The translations under genes were made by a program, and so were the position numbers. Below, piece after piece: positions 26,127 through 41,343 of a stretch of DNA of 64,000 nucleotides (position 1 is the first letter of the stretch; each line of letters opens with the position of its first letter). Source of the DNA: Gnetum montanum. Its lineage: Eukaryota; Plantae; Gnetophyta. Location of the stretch: contig MNCI01001197.1 in the NCBI GenBank assembly GCA_015680685.1, positions 356,056 to 420,055 of the forward strand, read 5' to 3'. The notes below the pieces were generated by a model. It made no database searches, was not told the origin of the DNA, and was given only the letters and a program-made list of their open reading frames with translations.

Positions 26127-26804
26127 TGATGAGCTAGCTAAAATTTGATGCTAGATTACCTTCATTATAGGATTCTCACATTGTCTATGATCAACCCACA
26201 AGTCATATACATGGAGGAATAGTTGAAAGTCAAAGGAACATAAAGATGAACAAATGATTTAATTTCAATTCAATTCCATACTTATGACTATCACTCATAA
26301 GCCAAATCCTAAATTCTCATTGTAGCATATAACATAAGTCCAAGAATGAAAATTTAATGATTATGTCAATTTGAAGCCAAATTATAGTGTACCTCATGTG
26401 AAAGACATGGATAATTTTTCTTCTTTGTATGAGCATGATATTAATTTTGGGTAGGTTTGAAGAGCCTCAAAGAGCCATTGATGAGTAGGATAGACCAATG
26501 GATGAACTATCACATTCAAGATGAACTATTATTTAAAAATTAAAAGGTGATGAGATAGCTAAAATTTGGTGCTAGATTACCTTCATTATAGGAATGTCAC
26601 ATCATCTATGATCAACCCACAAGTCATATACATGGAGGAACAGTTGACAGTCAAAGGAACATCAAGATGAACAAATGATTTAATTCCAATTCAATTCCAT
26701 ACTTATGACTATCACTCATAAGCCAAATCCTAAATTCTCATCTTAGCTCCTAACATAAGTCCAAGAATTAAATTTAATTATTATGTCAATTTGAAGCCAA
26801 ATTA
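25966..26804. repeat. Tandem duplication of a ~420-bp unit (25966-26387 and 26388-26804)
   Basis: Two diverged direct copies, each beginning tgtac(g/c)tcatgtgaaagacatg and ending ttgaagccaaatta. Confidence 0.9.
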
Positions 26805-28049
26805 CATAATGCAAATTATAAAGAGCACAAGGGAAATATCATCCAATCTATGATTCTATCCTACTGTCTTTATAATGTAGCAACCTCAATAGCTTACCAA
26901 TTGACTCTAATTGTTAATGAGTTACCATAGGATTCAACTAGCTCTTTTGATACTTCTTTAGGAAGAGATTACTTCAAAATGACCTAGAATCTTCAAGGGG
27001 TATAAACTTCCTACTTCTCCTATTTTTCCTCCCTTTTATAATAAGGTTTAGGTTCAATTTAAAATTTTTAGTTATTTGGAAGAAGAACTACAAAAATAAA
27101 TAGGCACTATTATCGTAGCTCATCATTGCTGCTAAGAACTATGATAGGATGTGAATCCTTGACTGATATAGTTATCACTGTATTGATGTCCTACGATTAA
27201 TTTTCAGTCTTTATCATAGGGTATCATTAGCACAGTGATAATCGATATGGTCAATGGACCTAAGAGTTGTTGATGATCATTAACAAAGTGATATGGTGCT
27301 ATACATTCTTTTTTGTAGAAGGTTATTACTAGAGTGATATCGATTGATGATGGAAAGTTATTTACTTGATCATGTCCCATCGCTCCAGTCAATATTGTTT
27401 GATAACATTGAATTTCTAATCATAGTTTTTCACCTAAGTCATTACCTATGATAGACATATAATAATAAATATTATCATAGTTTATTGATTCAATTTGAAA
27501 AATAAATTTACTACGTGGTCTCAACATAGCCCCCAACTAGCCTTTAGCCAATGCTTGGCCAAACAAGATGATAGCAATGATAGGAATACATGGCTTTAAA
27601 AAATTATTATCTTTCCAAGATAATATAACAATTCTAAATTCATAAAACCCTACATTTAATTATTATAATGTAACAATGTGGAATCATGCCCTAGATTAAA
27701 TTTATCCAAATAATGACATCAAGAATAGAATAATATATGATTGTCAAATTTCAACTAAACAATTAGATAACCAAGATTATGTCCTCCTATGCAACTTAAA
27801 TTCTTGAAATCATTAGTATTCTCTCCAACCATGACAAGCTTGAAAGTCCATAGAATAACTATTCATGCAAAGAATCTATTCATAATATTCAACATTACTA
27901 TCATAAGATTAGAAATATAATAACATCATAATCATGTCCTACTATGTCAAAATATAAAAATCATAAGGAAATAGTCAATTCCAAACTCATGTAGACATCA
28001 TACAATTAACAAAAAAATTTAAAGTATCATATTTACAAAATAAAAAGTT

Positions 28050-29320
28050 TATGATGCAAAAAAACTACAATAATGTTTATGTCTTACTTCAATTTTTATG
28101 TTATCTTTCACCTCTTTATCAAAATGAGAGGGTCATGGAATTCATCATCATCTTAAATGGGAGGCTACATCTTCTTTTTCAATGCTACTACCCATCCATC
28201 TAGACTTGCCAAAGTACTAGAAACACTTTCCAAGGCATCAAGTATGGCATGTTGATTACTTCTTATCTATCCCATTTGCCTAAAGACCTTGTACATTAAT
28301 CTCTTGATCCATCAACATAGATCCAGGTGAATCTCACTCTAAGATATAGGGTCCCATCTTGTTGTAAATTTTCAAATAGTTTGCTAAGGCTTCTTTCTTT
28401 AACATTGTGTAGGTAACTCTCCTCCCACTTACTAGTTGTGGAATCTTCTTATTTCTACAAATTGTAGAAATCAACAAAGGAAAGCACATACAAAGGATCT
28501 CATCATCATAGTGGTAAACTATATACTTAATAGAAAGGTATGCAAAGTTAGCCTCTTAAGCATGTTTAAGGACTTTTATCACTAGCAGGGCAGGATTGAG
28601 TACATAGGACATGTGCATGGATGGTAAGATATTGGTAACCACCATTCTTACCATTATCTTGTTCTTATATTGTAGATTTGTAACCTTGAGTCCCTGACTC
28701 TGCAGCAAACTACTATTCGATTCATCAATAAACTAGTGAAAAAGGTTGTACTTTTCCTCTATGATTACTCTAGGCTTAAATATTTCTTCTTCCATGTTGG
28801 ATAGCCTAAACCATTTTACTAGCAATGCAACTACTATCTTAACCTTCACCTTCTTCATAAAGGAGATTATGTATCTCTCTTAAGGCTCAAATTTAGTCAA
28901 ATGACACTTAAGATTCTTGTAAAACTCAAACATTTTCTTTGGATAATAATAATCTATTTGTGGTATAACAAATACTCCACACCCTAAGTCCTCAATCTAT
29001 TACTACACTTCATTGTCTATAGTCTTGAACCATTCAGCTAAGTCCTACTCTAGATGATATTGAGTGATTTTCAATAACTCAACCCTAGGTATCTATGATA
29101 AAACAAATAGGGTAAGACAACTAAAATTATTTTCAAATTCTTCTCTAAAGGAATACATTTTACCTTACTCCTATTTTGAGATGCAGACGTAGATGTGGTC
29201 ATTTATACTATCAACCCTACTGTAAGGCTTATGTCAGAAACTACCAAATAAAACAAGATAACTAAAGTACCACAATTTTTCCCCACCTACTTCCATGGAA
29301 TATGCATGATGGCTCATCTT
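28050..29320 (-). pseudogene. Athila env-like / plant transposon protein ORF remnant
   Basis: Hand translation IEDLGCGVFVIPQIDYYPKKMFEFYKNL (~28910-29000) resembles the YPxLVxEFYxNL motif. Boundaries are approximate. Confidence 0.55.
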
Positions 29321-31849
29321 AGGTAATTTCACATAAATCTACCCAAACTTGTAGGGTTTCTATTCTACTTTTCTTCTCCTCTACGATTCTACTACCAATT
29401 CGCTACTACCTTGCCACTAATTGAATGCCCCCAATTCATCCATGTGGTCTTAATTTATGAGAAAACTTTATCTCACTTTTTTATTTAATGTTTAATGCTT
29501 ATTGATTCACATCATGGCATTAATATACTTCAATGCAATTAGGTCAATGTTCATTAATTACACAATAAAATGGTACAATAGGTTTTTATTTTATTGTTAT
29601 TTTCTCACTAAACATCACCTAAGAGATCACAATTGATAATATTTCAAGATTACCACATGATTTTACTATAGTATTAATAATGGCAATAAATCCAAAGTTT
29701 TGCTAAGAGTCAATTGGTGTATTATCATTATAGTGATACCTTAGGCAATAACTTAGTTTAGTATATTACAAGACATCACCATAGTGATGTCTCTAGACAT
29801 CATTAGACTTCTAAATTAGGGCTTATACTATTAACTATTAGGCTTCAATCCATAGTTAGTAATAACGAGTAATGAACTTATTGTAGTACATTACTAGCTA
29901 TGACCATGTTTAATAACTGTGTATTTTGTAGAATGTATTAATTACTAAAATTTCTAATTGTATTTATTTTAAATTATCTATTATATAAAACTATTTATGG
30001 ATTTATAAGAAGAATGAGGATCATATATACTCATCTTGAAGGTCCATTCCTAGGATTTTTTTAGACTTAATCCACCCTCATAAAGTTTGCTTCTTCCTTG
30101 GGATAAATAGTTTAGAACTTTACAATATAGTTCTATCCTTCCCAAGGTTTAAGGATATAGTTATCTACCATGCTTAATTCTCTAACTTGATTTTGGTTAA
30201 GCTTCCTATTTGCTTGTATCCTACTTCTCTACTCTTATACTGTAGTAATGATCTCCCCCTATTTAATCTAGGTTATATTTTAAACCTAGGTTGAGTAGAT
30301 TAATTGATTGTTTGTGTAGACTACAAACTAACTAGAAAAGTAGACCAAGAGCATGTATGTCATGGATTTTATATACTCTCTACTATTAATGACTCACAAG
30401 TAAGCTCTAAACATCCAAAGATTAGTATTTGCGATGCTCTAGCCATAATAGGAATCTTAACTACTACCTCCTATGAGAGGCATGTTGGGAAACCATATGA
30501 AGGTTCAAAGAGCTTCAATTACCTGTGAAAATTATAGTTGGTAGTCCTAGGATTTGATAATAATGATGTAGTGATATATTATAAGGTTTGAAGGTTAATT
30601 ATGAATTCATAGTAAGGTCAAATACTTAATTGTCATATTGACAAAAAGAAAGGGAGAAAAAGGACATTATTCCACTTAGGTATTTTTTAATCTTCACAAG
30701 TTAAGTTATAGAAATAAACTAAGGGGAATATTTATGAATTATAAGGTTTTACATTATGCTACATACTTAGGTTAGTCAATTCCTTTCCTAACAGTGTTAT
30801 ATCCTAGCTATCTAAAGTATTGGCATCCATGTATCCTTTTATGTGTTATTGATAGCAGCTCCACCCAGAATAGCTCCACTTATAGAAGGGGATTCTTGAG
30901 AGATTTTTTAAGAATGTGAGCTTATAGAATTACCCTAACCATAAGGTTTTTGTGGTATTTTGGCTCTTCTTATGATTGAAGGCTCTTGTGGGAAATTTTT
31001 TTTTCTTTTGACTACCTGCTTCAACCATAAGGTTCTTATGGGAGCCTCTTTTGTTCTTTTCTTCTTAATTTTAAAATAAAATTTTAATGGATTTCCCACA
31101 TGGAAATTGGTCTTATTTCATGTGATTGGATGCTTTTACCACCTTAGATGTTAGCCCCAATATAACATACCCTTTTCTCCACATCGACTATCCAAAGTAA
31201 CCAGTATAGACCTCACAATTATGAACATTGGCCTACACTTAGTTATTTTACCTTCTAAACTATAGAAACGTGAAATCTAAGGGACATTGTCTTTAAGGAA
31301 TAATAGAATTTACTATGTCCACTTAGTATTATAGTTTAATTTATTTATTCATTTAATATTTATTTTTATTATGCTAAGGTTCACCCCTAGGTGTATTTTG
31401 GATTTATACCTACCTATCTCAAGACAGGGGGAGTTTTCCTTCTCCCTTGCATTCTAGACATGATGCTATTGAATTCTTTATAGTCCTAACTAATAATAGA
31501 GTTTTTTGTTATTCTTCACATTTTTAAAGATAAAATTTGTAGAATTTTAGGTTGTCTTTTAATTATTTTTACATTATTGAATAAGGTATTTGATTATTTA
31601 AACTAGAACTACTCACTATCATTTTGACTTCTAGTTAACCACCTTCATTATTTGTTTCTTCCACTGGTTAATTAGCATCACTTAATTCTATTAACTCATC
31701 ATCCTCAGGCTCTTCTATCTAATGTTGATGATAATGCTTAAGTCTTTGGCCATTAACTAGGAATGAGTTAAATAGGTCTTCAATGGGTGTAATTAGTATT
31801 CTATACAAGGTCAATTTCCTAGGAAATTTGTGTAGTCTCATATTGTACA

Positions 31850-32432
31850 ACAAGACTTTGTTTCATTCTGAAAATTTCTTCTTTAGTATATTGTTCTCAT
31901 GCATAACTTTCATTTGTTTCTTGATTATCCTTTGTTTATCAAGTGTGTGTATACATAATTCGTCAAGTTCATGAATTTGGGCCATCCTAAGATTGTGATT
32001 AATTTCTTCATTAAAAATTAATTGATTTGATAATCTTAAGGATTGGTATTTTATTTCTATCGATAAAAGATGTTATTTACCATAAACTAAATGATAAGGT
32101 AAATATCCTATGTTTGGTTTATATGTTATCCTATAAGCCCAAAGTGCATCTTATAATTTCTTAGACTAATACTTCTTCCTAGCACAAATGGTTTTAGTTA
32201 AAATATTTATGATGATCCTATTAGCATTTTCAACTTGGCCATTAGTTTAAGGATTATATGTAGTTACTATTTTATGTTGAATTCCATTATTCTTCAAGAA
32301 GTTTTCCATTATTCTATTTAAGAAGTGAGTTCCCTAATTACTAATAAGTGCACATGGAGTCCCAAATCGTGTTAAGATGTGTTTCCTTAGAAAAGCTACC
32401 CCTACCTTAACATCATTTGTTAGAGTAGATTT
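31850..32432 (-). pseudogene. Gypsy integrase core remnant
   Basis: HILTRFGTPCALISN*GTHFLN..TTYNP*TNGQVENANR..L*DALWAYR. Confidence 0.85.
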
Positions 32433-32770
32433 TGTTGACCTTTTAGTATGTTAAAATCTTGGAAAATGGAGAATGTGAAAAATGTGCTTATTGGAATCTT
32501 ATAGGACTTGGAAAGACAAGAATATGATGACAAGAGCATTGTGAGATTGGGAAAAGAGCTTAGATGGTATCAAGATAAAAGTTTGAGACAAGAGCTTAGA
32601 TGGTGTTAAGAAGAGATCAGAACAAAGAGATAGATGAGACCAACATAAAAGCTGAGTTGTCAATCTGAGATGACAAAATTCTCAATTGGAAAATAAATAT
32701 GAAAGGTATTAAGGATGCATGAAGTCAAACGAAGATGTTCCAATATCTATTAAGATGTCCCTACGGAAGG
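32433..32770 (+). repeat. 5' fragment of a Copia LTR related to the 4275/8662/34785 family
   Basis: tgttgaccttttagtatgttaaaatcttggaaaatggagaa matches the family LTR start and begins exactly where the integrase breaks off. The 3' extent is uncertain. Confidence 0.6.
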
Positions 32771-33299
32771 AGTTCTTGTTACCATTGATCTCTTATAGAT
32801 ATTCTCAGGTAGGTAAACATTGTTTTCTTATGCATTTACATTGATTTATATACAATTTAAGTCATTGTACATTTGTTTAGAATCATGATTATCAAAATAT
32901 CTACTAGTATATCGTTATGTTTATTTTTTCTTTTGTTCTATATTTTGTTACATGAAAACATGATTTTTTCATGGGTTTGTCTTTTTTATTACCTAGTCTC
33001 CACATTCAAATATTTGCATAGTTGAGATGATTATCTTTTATGTGATGTGATTTTCAAAAACTTTATAAATATTTAAATTTTGGCTTGATCTCAGAGTAGT
33101 TAGCTATTGCACATCTAGGTGACCAAATTAATCAACTGTTTGATTAAACATAAAGTTTCTAAATTTAACCTAGTCTTAGGTTAGATGATCTATTTAACTC
33201 ATCACATAAACTATGAGTCTTAAAATAATATTTTATTTTAGATAGGTTACCCTAATTAATAGGTTAGTTGAATGACAATTTTAAGAATGTTTAGAGAGA

Positions 33300-36200
33300 T
33301 ATCAAAATTGAACGTAAGAAGTGTAAGAATAGTGTTTAAACAATTGTTACTTACTTTTAGTGAGTACAAAATTGATGCTATGGCATAGCCATAATATGGG
33401 GTGAGAATGTACTATAGTATTAGTTTTGGGAATTCATAATTGAAGTAAACGCAATTGCTATGTAGATGGTAGTATAGAATTTGATTTACATTATAAGAAT
33501 AATTATGAGTTTTATTAAGATGATGGCTTATACTATTAGCATCATCTAAAGTCACATAATATTTAATCTTGACTAATGGTAGATTCAACAATTTCAAAAA
33601 TAACTTATTAGGGAATGAGAAGTTGGTTTAAATTATAATAATCTATAATGAATTTTAAGTTACTGGAAGACTAATTCTCCACATTGACTCTCATGTCATT
33701 AGGGCTTTGTTCATAATGGATTTTAGATTACTAGAAGGATAGTTATATATGTTGACTATCATGTTATTAGGATTGAATCAATGTCCTCTTAACTATATGT
33801 GACTTTAGTGAATAAATTATTGGATGGACAACTTAAGATGTTAAGTGTAAGAACTATTATAAGATTGGTGCTAAGCCATGTTTGTAGTAGTATGGGATAC
33901 CAACAACTAGTACTTGTTCTATTATATAGGTGATATAACATCCTCCCACCAACCCTAGGCTAAGAAAGCATTATGTATGTTGAACTACTACTAGACACAT
34001 GTTCAAGATCATGCAACTATGGTTAATCGAAAAGTATAAAGGACTCGACACTAATCTTTAATGAACAAAAATGTATGATATTAAAAATAAATCCAGTCAT
34101 GGATCAAATGATATATATATTCATCAAAAGCTACCCAATGATAATAATTCAAGCATGATAATAACTTATAAATAGGAACTCGCATCAAGAGCTATTAAGT
34201 TATAAAAATAAAATATCATAATCTATCTCATCACATGTATAATACTATTGGAATGTAGTCTATTCCCTAACAAAACAATGCATGAAAATAAAATAATCAT
34301 CATCTCGAGCCACAATGTTCATTTCACCAAGTAAGGTGTTGGAAGAATTAGTAGATGATAAAAGCCTAATCTCTTCTAGTAGCTACACCCAAGCTTAAAC
34401 CTAGATATTTAACTCCAAAAACACACATCTTACCATCACTCTAAATGATGATCCCTAATAGAATGCATGAAAATAATGTTTAAAATATAAAATCATCTCA
34501 TAATATTATGTATATCATGGCTCATATATCTCTATTATAGTCCTATATGATCATAAGCAAAAAATAAACTAAGAAGAATAATCATCAATTTGGTACCCTA
34601 TTAAAATGTAAGTACTACTTCTAATGATTAACATAGAAAAAAATATTATATTATACTACTAGAGTCCATCATATAGAGTTTGAGTACATATGAGTCCATT
34701 AAATACATACATTCCATATCCAATGTTCATAATATAAATGAAACAACATAACTTCTAGATCCTAGGAAAACATAAAGAATAACATGTTGATCTTTTGGTA
34801 TATCAAAACCTTAAAAAAATGGAGAACAAGAATTCTTGTATGGTTTTTGTATTTTCAAGACAAGAACTTGGAGAGCTCAAAGAACAACATCTACAAGGTC
34901 TCAAGGAAGCATGGATAAGTATGTGGAAGTACAAGAACTCAAAGAAGCATGCACAAGTAACAAAGACTTCAAAGCTCAAAGAAGATGCTCCAGTGATCAA
35001 AGGGAAGCCTTTGAATTGAAAGATTAAATTCAGAGAAGACATCTCCTAGAAACAATATATGTCTACTATCAAGAGAAGATGTTTCCATGATGATGAAGAC
35101 GTCTTGGCTAAGTTGAAGGTTGCTAAGAAGAAAACATCTCTTAGAAATAGTAGATGTCTACTTTGTGAAGAAGACATCTTCATGAAAATGTCTCCTCAAA
35201 GACATCTCCCATGAAGAAGAGACGTCTTTCTTGAATGGAGGTTTAATGCAGAGAGATGTCCTAGTCTTAAAGAAGATGTCTTTAGTGACTGTTAGATAGC
35301 TATTGCATGAATTCCAACGTGATTTTGAAAAAATCAAGACTATAATAAGACTTCATTTTCTTGTGGAATGAATAATTTTTCATATGCAAGTAAGTGTCAA
35401 TAACAGCAATCATTGTGTGCATTATTCTATTTGTATACCTCATTGTACTATTTACTGTACTACGCTTCAAAGTAAAAGGACCAACAAATCAATTGCATCT
35501 TGTCCTTGTAATTTATTTTTTTCTTTCTTGCTACCTTACTAGGCTTGATGCACTTCTTTCGAGAAGGCATTGTCGTTGAGCTTGTTGGGATCCCACTGGG
35601 ATTGAGTGGTTACTGCAGCATCACAACACTCTGTGTAGAGCTCAATTTGTAAAGGTTGTGGGATCCTTGAAACCACATTCTAAGCTTGTTGAAACCTAGC
35701 TGGGTTGAGCTAATTCACAGCGATTAATCACTCAAGAGGGAAGCATAGAGCTTATACAAAGTGTGATACCCTTCAAACCAAATTTTGAGAGAAACAAAGT
35801 CTAAAGGTATGCAAGTGAACTACCCTTCGAGTGTGGAGTACCCAAGTTTGGGAACCACGTAATTTTGGATGTGGTATTTGTGGCCATAAATTTTGATTTG
35901 AAAAACTTATTCATCACCCCCAACTTCTAAGTTCTATGATCCTCATAACATGGTCATAATGATCCTCTAATCGTAGGATCCTCCACCTTTTCCAATAACT
36001 TCATAGTCTAAAATATAAAGCTAGTATAAATTAAGTAAGATTCTTTGGTATATTTCTTAATTAACTAAGGGCAAGGATCCTAGATTGAGACATAAGTAAG
36101 AGGTTCTTCGACTTGAAAAAGAACATGTTAGTATTTAATCCAAGAGCATATCACATCACGTACATCTAATCATTTATCATGAAAGATGAAATTCATGCAT

Positions 36201-38670
36201 ATACCAAATTGACCTTTCTCACCACTACCAACTAATCAAGCACAATCATAGAGACTAGCAGATACTGCACTCAATGTATTATATGATAAAGGTTGTTATT
36301 TGTAATTGTTTTAGAATTCATAACCTAACACAAATCATACAATGCTTGTAGGACTTACATTATTAGTCTTAATTATCCTAGTTGATGTCATACATATCAT
36401 TGCTTGAAATATAACTAGTGATATAGTTGTTAAACAATTCTCTAATGTTTGGAGGAAACATGAAAACTATCAAAGATCATAATACTTACTACCTTTTGCA
36501 AAATGGGATCCATGATAAGAGCCTCATTGATGCATCATATTGGGAAGTAGCCAATGTCACTCTATGATATCTATCATCAACTAGTCACATAAGCTTAATG
36601 CTAATTTCTAAACACACAATACAATGATGAAACTAGATTGTACTAACCAGAAGTCTAGAGATAGTGCATTAACCAAAACTAACAAGATAAGACAACAAAA
36701 ATTTCTAGAAAATATTGTTGTGAAGGGATCAAAAGTAATAAATAAGAGATACAATTAAGCCCATGCAATTGATCATAAACATGATCTTAAGAAGACTTGA
36801 AGTCATCCAAATCTAAACTTGTAACCATCTCAAAATTACCTTTGATCCAAAACTTAGCCTAGTTCAAACCTTACCATAGAAATAAAGGAAAATTGCCAAA
36901 AGGATGGATCATGTCATTGTAATGACTCCACCATAGCTCATGGAAAGGACCATAACTTGGCTAGATTGTGATCTTATAACAACTCATAATTGACTCACAT
37001 CATAACCAAAAATACTATTTTCAAAGATGAAAATGCTTGAATGCTTACAAATTGACTCAATGATTAAGAAAATTGGTCTAACAAAGGCATAATGCACATA
37101 TACACTTTCTCAAATTAATGTAGAGACACTTAAAATTAAGGGAAAATTAAAAAATATGACAACAACTATGAAACTAACAATATTGTAAAAATATGTTACA
37201 TGAAAACTACAATTTAACACTACACAACTAAAACATAATTAAAAGTAAAAAAAACATGAAATATTGCTATCTCAAATTATTAGATCTATATAAAATAGTC
37301 ATAATCATTTAGGTTCATGCAACAATGTGTAGCCATAAAACTGGAAAAAGGTAGAATCTTGAATTTTTTTCATCTCATTTGAATGAAATTATTTCTTTCT
37401 TTCATTCATATGTATATACTTTTTCTTACTTCATTAGTAACATTTGATTATTATATTTTGATTAGAATAATTTATCTACCTTTGGCTTAACCTTGAAAAA
37501 TATTTATTCTAAAAACTTTTTTACTTATTTGAAGTGGATTTGAAACTCAAATTTCCTCCTCATTTATACAAATTTTTTTCTTTTTTCAAGTTAAGTTTCT
37601 TTCTTTTTCATGAACTTATTCTTCTTCATCATCTCTTCTTATCCTATTCATGAAAACACTCTATTGCTTCTTAGTTATTAGCTTTCTTACCTCTTTTCAT
37701 CATATAATCAAAGATCTTATTTCCTCTTTTTTAATATATTTATCTTGATTGAATTGGGAATTTCCTTCCTCATTAATTTTACCATCCACTAACATCACAT
37801 GGTTGATATTTGCCCATGGCTTGATATATTTTCTCTTAATTTTTTCCCTTTTTTAGTTCATACAATTTGATCAATTTCACTAATTATTTTGTACTTCTTA
37901 GATTATGATAACTTATTTACTTTTAAGATTTTTTCTATAGTTAACATCGAGATCTTATTTAGATTAATTCCTACATGTAGAAAACCTAGCTAAAAGGAAC
38001 ATTTCTCTACAACCATGTTCAGTTATTTATGAAATATTAAATATTATGTTTGAAAAGATTAAATTACCATTGAAATATAAATAAATTCATAGATATATTG
38101 TATATCACTTATGTATATATTTGGTTTCACTCATATTATATGCATTAATTAGGTTTGTTCCATTTCATAAGAACATTTCTTTGTCCATTTCTCTAAAATA
38201 TAATTCTTAATTTTTCATAATCTTTGCTACTAATATATCTTTTGTAGAATATTATATGATCTTTTTCATTTACTGTAACTCACATCCTAAGTTCCCATTT
38301 AAGAAATCTTTATCTCAACAAGTTTGTTATTTTCTACATTCCTTCTCCTCTTCAAAAGTGTTCCATGCTTCATCAACTCTCCTAGTGATGATTTGTCATT
38401 TCTCCTAGTGGTCTTGTACACACATAAGTCAACATAGAATTCTTGTTCTAATTTGGTTTTATATCACAACTTCTAATGTCTTAGTCTAATGTTCCTTGCT
38501 TCTTAAATGAACACCCTTTGCTAGATAATTTCTTTCTCTTCCATTTTACTATATGGAAGGGCTTACTTTCATCCATTTTCATAATGGATGAATTTTCTAC
38601 CATCCATTTGACTAATAATTGAATGTTTTCATCCTGTAAAATGTTTGATATGATGGCTGAATAAACTTGG
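33300..38670 (-). pseudogene. Extremely decayed gypsy gag-pol, possibly Tat lineage
   Basis: Ordered faint minus-strand motifs: DGKM.V (~34430), FGL.NA.ATFQ-like (~34250-34275), YIDD-like (~34110) and an RH-like segment (~33670-33760). Confidence 0.4.
34785..35945 (+). mobile_element. Copia (Sirevirus-like) solo LTR, TSD TAACA
   Basis: TGTTGATC...gatcctCA, homologous to 8662-9755. TAACA occurs at 34780-34784 and 35946-35950. Confidence 0.92.
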
Positions 38671-38677
38671 TTCTCAT

Positions 38678-41160
38678 TGAGGATTGTAGAACTTAGAGGG
38701 GATAAATAAGTTCAAATTTAAAGTATTATGAAAATAAAAAAATATGGAACTTAAAAACAAAAACATAATATGAAATGGAATGAAATAACTAGTTTCCATG
38801 GTTTATTAACTTAGATAATCTACACTCAAAAGGTACATTCTACACATCTCCAAAAGTGTTACTTGTAAAATGTGGTTTAAAAAATATCATAACCTTTATA
38901 AGGTTTCAGTACAATATAGGGTTTACCTCAACGATACTACCACTAGTTTGTAGATCAACAAAGCTATGGAATTCTCGTAATAATATATGACATAACATAC
39001 ACTCCTTAGGATAAAAATACTATGGGATTTATTGCAATGTAATCACTATTAACTCGTAGGTTAAAATTGTGGAATTTTCATAGGAACCCACAAACATGTT
39101 GTAAATTTTAGTAAGTCTCAAAATCACAAGGTCTAAAGAGAATAGAAATATCATGTTAAATGAAAATTTAAAAAGCTTGTATTTTGATATTAGCTTCAAA
39201 GAAGCTTTAAATTAATAAAGTTAAATGAAGAATGCCAAGTGATATGCAATTTAGTTAACTATAAAATATTTTTGAAATTTTAAAATAATTTTTAATTTCT
39301 AAGATATGACCCCCGTGGTTTTTTTTTTTTCATTTTATGTGACTTCAATGAATTCCCATTGTATTTATAGGCCTTTGGAAAGCATTTGATCTTTTGGTGA
39401 AATATTGTAATTTGTTAATTAGTCTTAATTAATAAATAAACATCAACATGATGGTGTAACCTTATACATAGTGTTTACAAATTTACCATAATAAACAAGC
39501 TTAACACAAAAAAAATCCCATAAGGCAACCAAATATGGTGCTTGTTAGAACAAGCCAACAACTGATCCTCAAAACATTATAAGTGTGCAATTCCCTCAAG
39601 AACCTATGCAAACAGGATAATAAATGTGAGACTTGTCACAATGATGACATCACTAATCCATATATTATTAGCTATAAAATACAAGAGAGATCGAAACAAA
39701 TATAAATTATTTAGGCTCCTCATGTTAAGTGTAATGAATGGATTCAATATGAATACAACTTTGTAATCCATTCTTAGTATGAGAGAATAAAAGACAAAAG
39801 TTCTAGGCTCTAAAAATACAAATCAAATATACAATAAGGTATACAACATAATAGAACTTGAGAAACTTAAGATGGAAAAAATTGATAAAGTTAAATGTCC
39901 TAATTTGATTAATAAATTTTACTCTAATATTTGATGAAGCTTTTGATAAGTGCAATTAAGTGCTATAATTTTTCATAAAGTATTATTCGAATAGAAATAG
40001 TAGCCTTGGTGAAGTAGAGATCTCTTCAAGCTAAATATGGTTACTGGAAGCATAGGTCTAAGATTCTTAAAAGAAATTTATTACTTATGGTAGTATCAAA
40101 TTATTTTTGACACCTTAAAAATGAATGAGACTAGCTTCTCAAATTTGAATGAAGGATTTTATGCAAAGACTTTACTTCATTAGACTTTCCTCACTAAACT
40201 ATAGCAAATATCTAACTTTCCATTGCTTAGAATAACTATTATAAATGATAATAATTTTTTATGTAATGACTACAATAAATGTCTTTCTTGTCTTAGATGT
40301 ATTTGGCCTAAACAACATCTACTTTACATAAGCTAACTTTTAGCATAGATGTCTTTGATCTCAGAGACATCTTCTATGAATAACTTTAGATTTTGATATC
40401 TTGCCTTGTAATTGATAGATAAATCTTGCTATCAAAAACTTTTTTCAAGATCGAGAGGAATATTTCATGTTAACAATATTTTCTAGAAGAGTTAGATATA
40501 TTGTAGTTGAAATCTAGATGAATTTTTCTCCCATTAGATAGATGTTTGTTGTACCAAAGATGTCTATCTTTATGTCAAAGATGTCTTTTAATATAAAAAT
40601 GTCTATCTTAGGACCTTAAAAATTTCTCAATGAGTTTTCAACTTTTAAACAATTGATAGCTTCTGCTAGGTTCCAAAAACCTCTACTAGGTCCTATTAGC
40701 TTCTTCTAACTCCAAGCATGATAAAAAAGATGCATAAATCCTTTTTTTTTAACTTCACTTATATATGTTTTTCCTAAAAAGTGTAAGATCCATCTTTGGA
40801 TTAAAAGATGTCTTTCATAATTAGTAAAAAATCCTACTTCTTCAGAGACATATTTGGATTAAAAGATGTCTTTTGGTCTTTATCAAAATTTCAATTACTT
40901 TCAAACATGCCTTTGATGCTAAATGCATTTGCTAATTCAATCCTTGCACAAACAATCATAAGAAGGCAAAACATACAAATTATAACTACAAGAGTTCTCA
41001 TATACCATTTTTGAGATAAGAAACAAAATTAGAATTCTTAATTTATGTTTTTCGGTTATGTTCAAAACTTGAAAATGGTAATGTTGCAAAGTAATTAATA
41101 AAATGAAATTTTACAAATAATATAAAAACATTAAGATCATCATCCAAATAATATGCATAT
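38678..41160 (-). repeat. Decayed Copia-family LTR in reverse orientation (right boundary uncertain)
   Basis: tgaggattgtagaacttagaggggataaataagttc matches the reverse complement of the family LTR 3' end. Minus-strand TATA at ~39361, AGATGTCT array at 40290-40870, and a pyrimidine tract (reverse PPT-like) at 41161. Confidence 0.45.
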
Positions 41161-41343
41161 TATCTTCTCCTTCTTTTTAAACATAATTCAAATTGATAGA
41201 CATCATACATATTAATAAATAGAAAAGCATGTTATCTTCTACCTATTATCTTATATAATTTGAAATGATATAAAATCATACATATACTTAGTTGATTGAT
41301 CAGATATTGCGTCTTTTTCCAAATTTATACTAACTATCATGGA

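Larger units (their letters stand above)
26127..32432 (-). mobile_element. Decayed minus-strand Athila-like element: 3' LTR (to 27526), PPT, extra ORF and integrase
   Basis: TGATGAG start where CRM coding breaks off; ...tctcaaCA followed by tagcccccaact (minus-strand PPT AGTTGGGGGCTA); minus-strand TATA at ~27034-27045. Confidence 0.65.
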
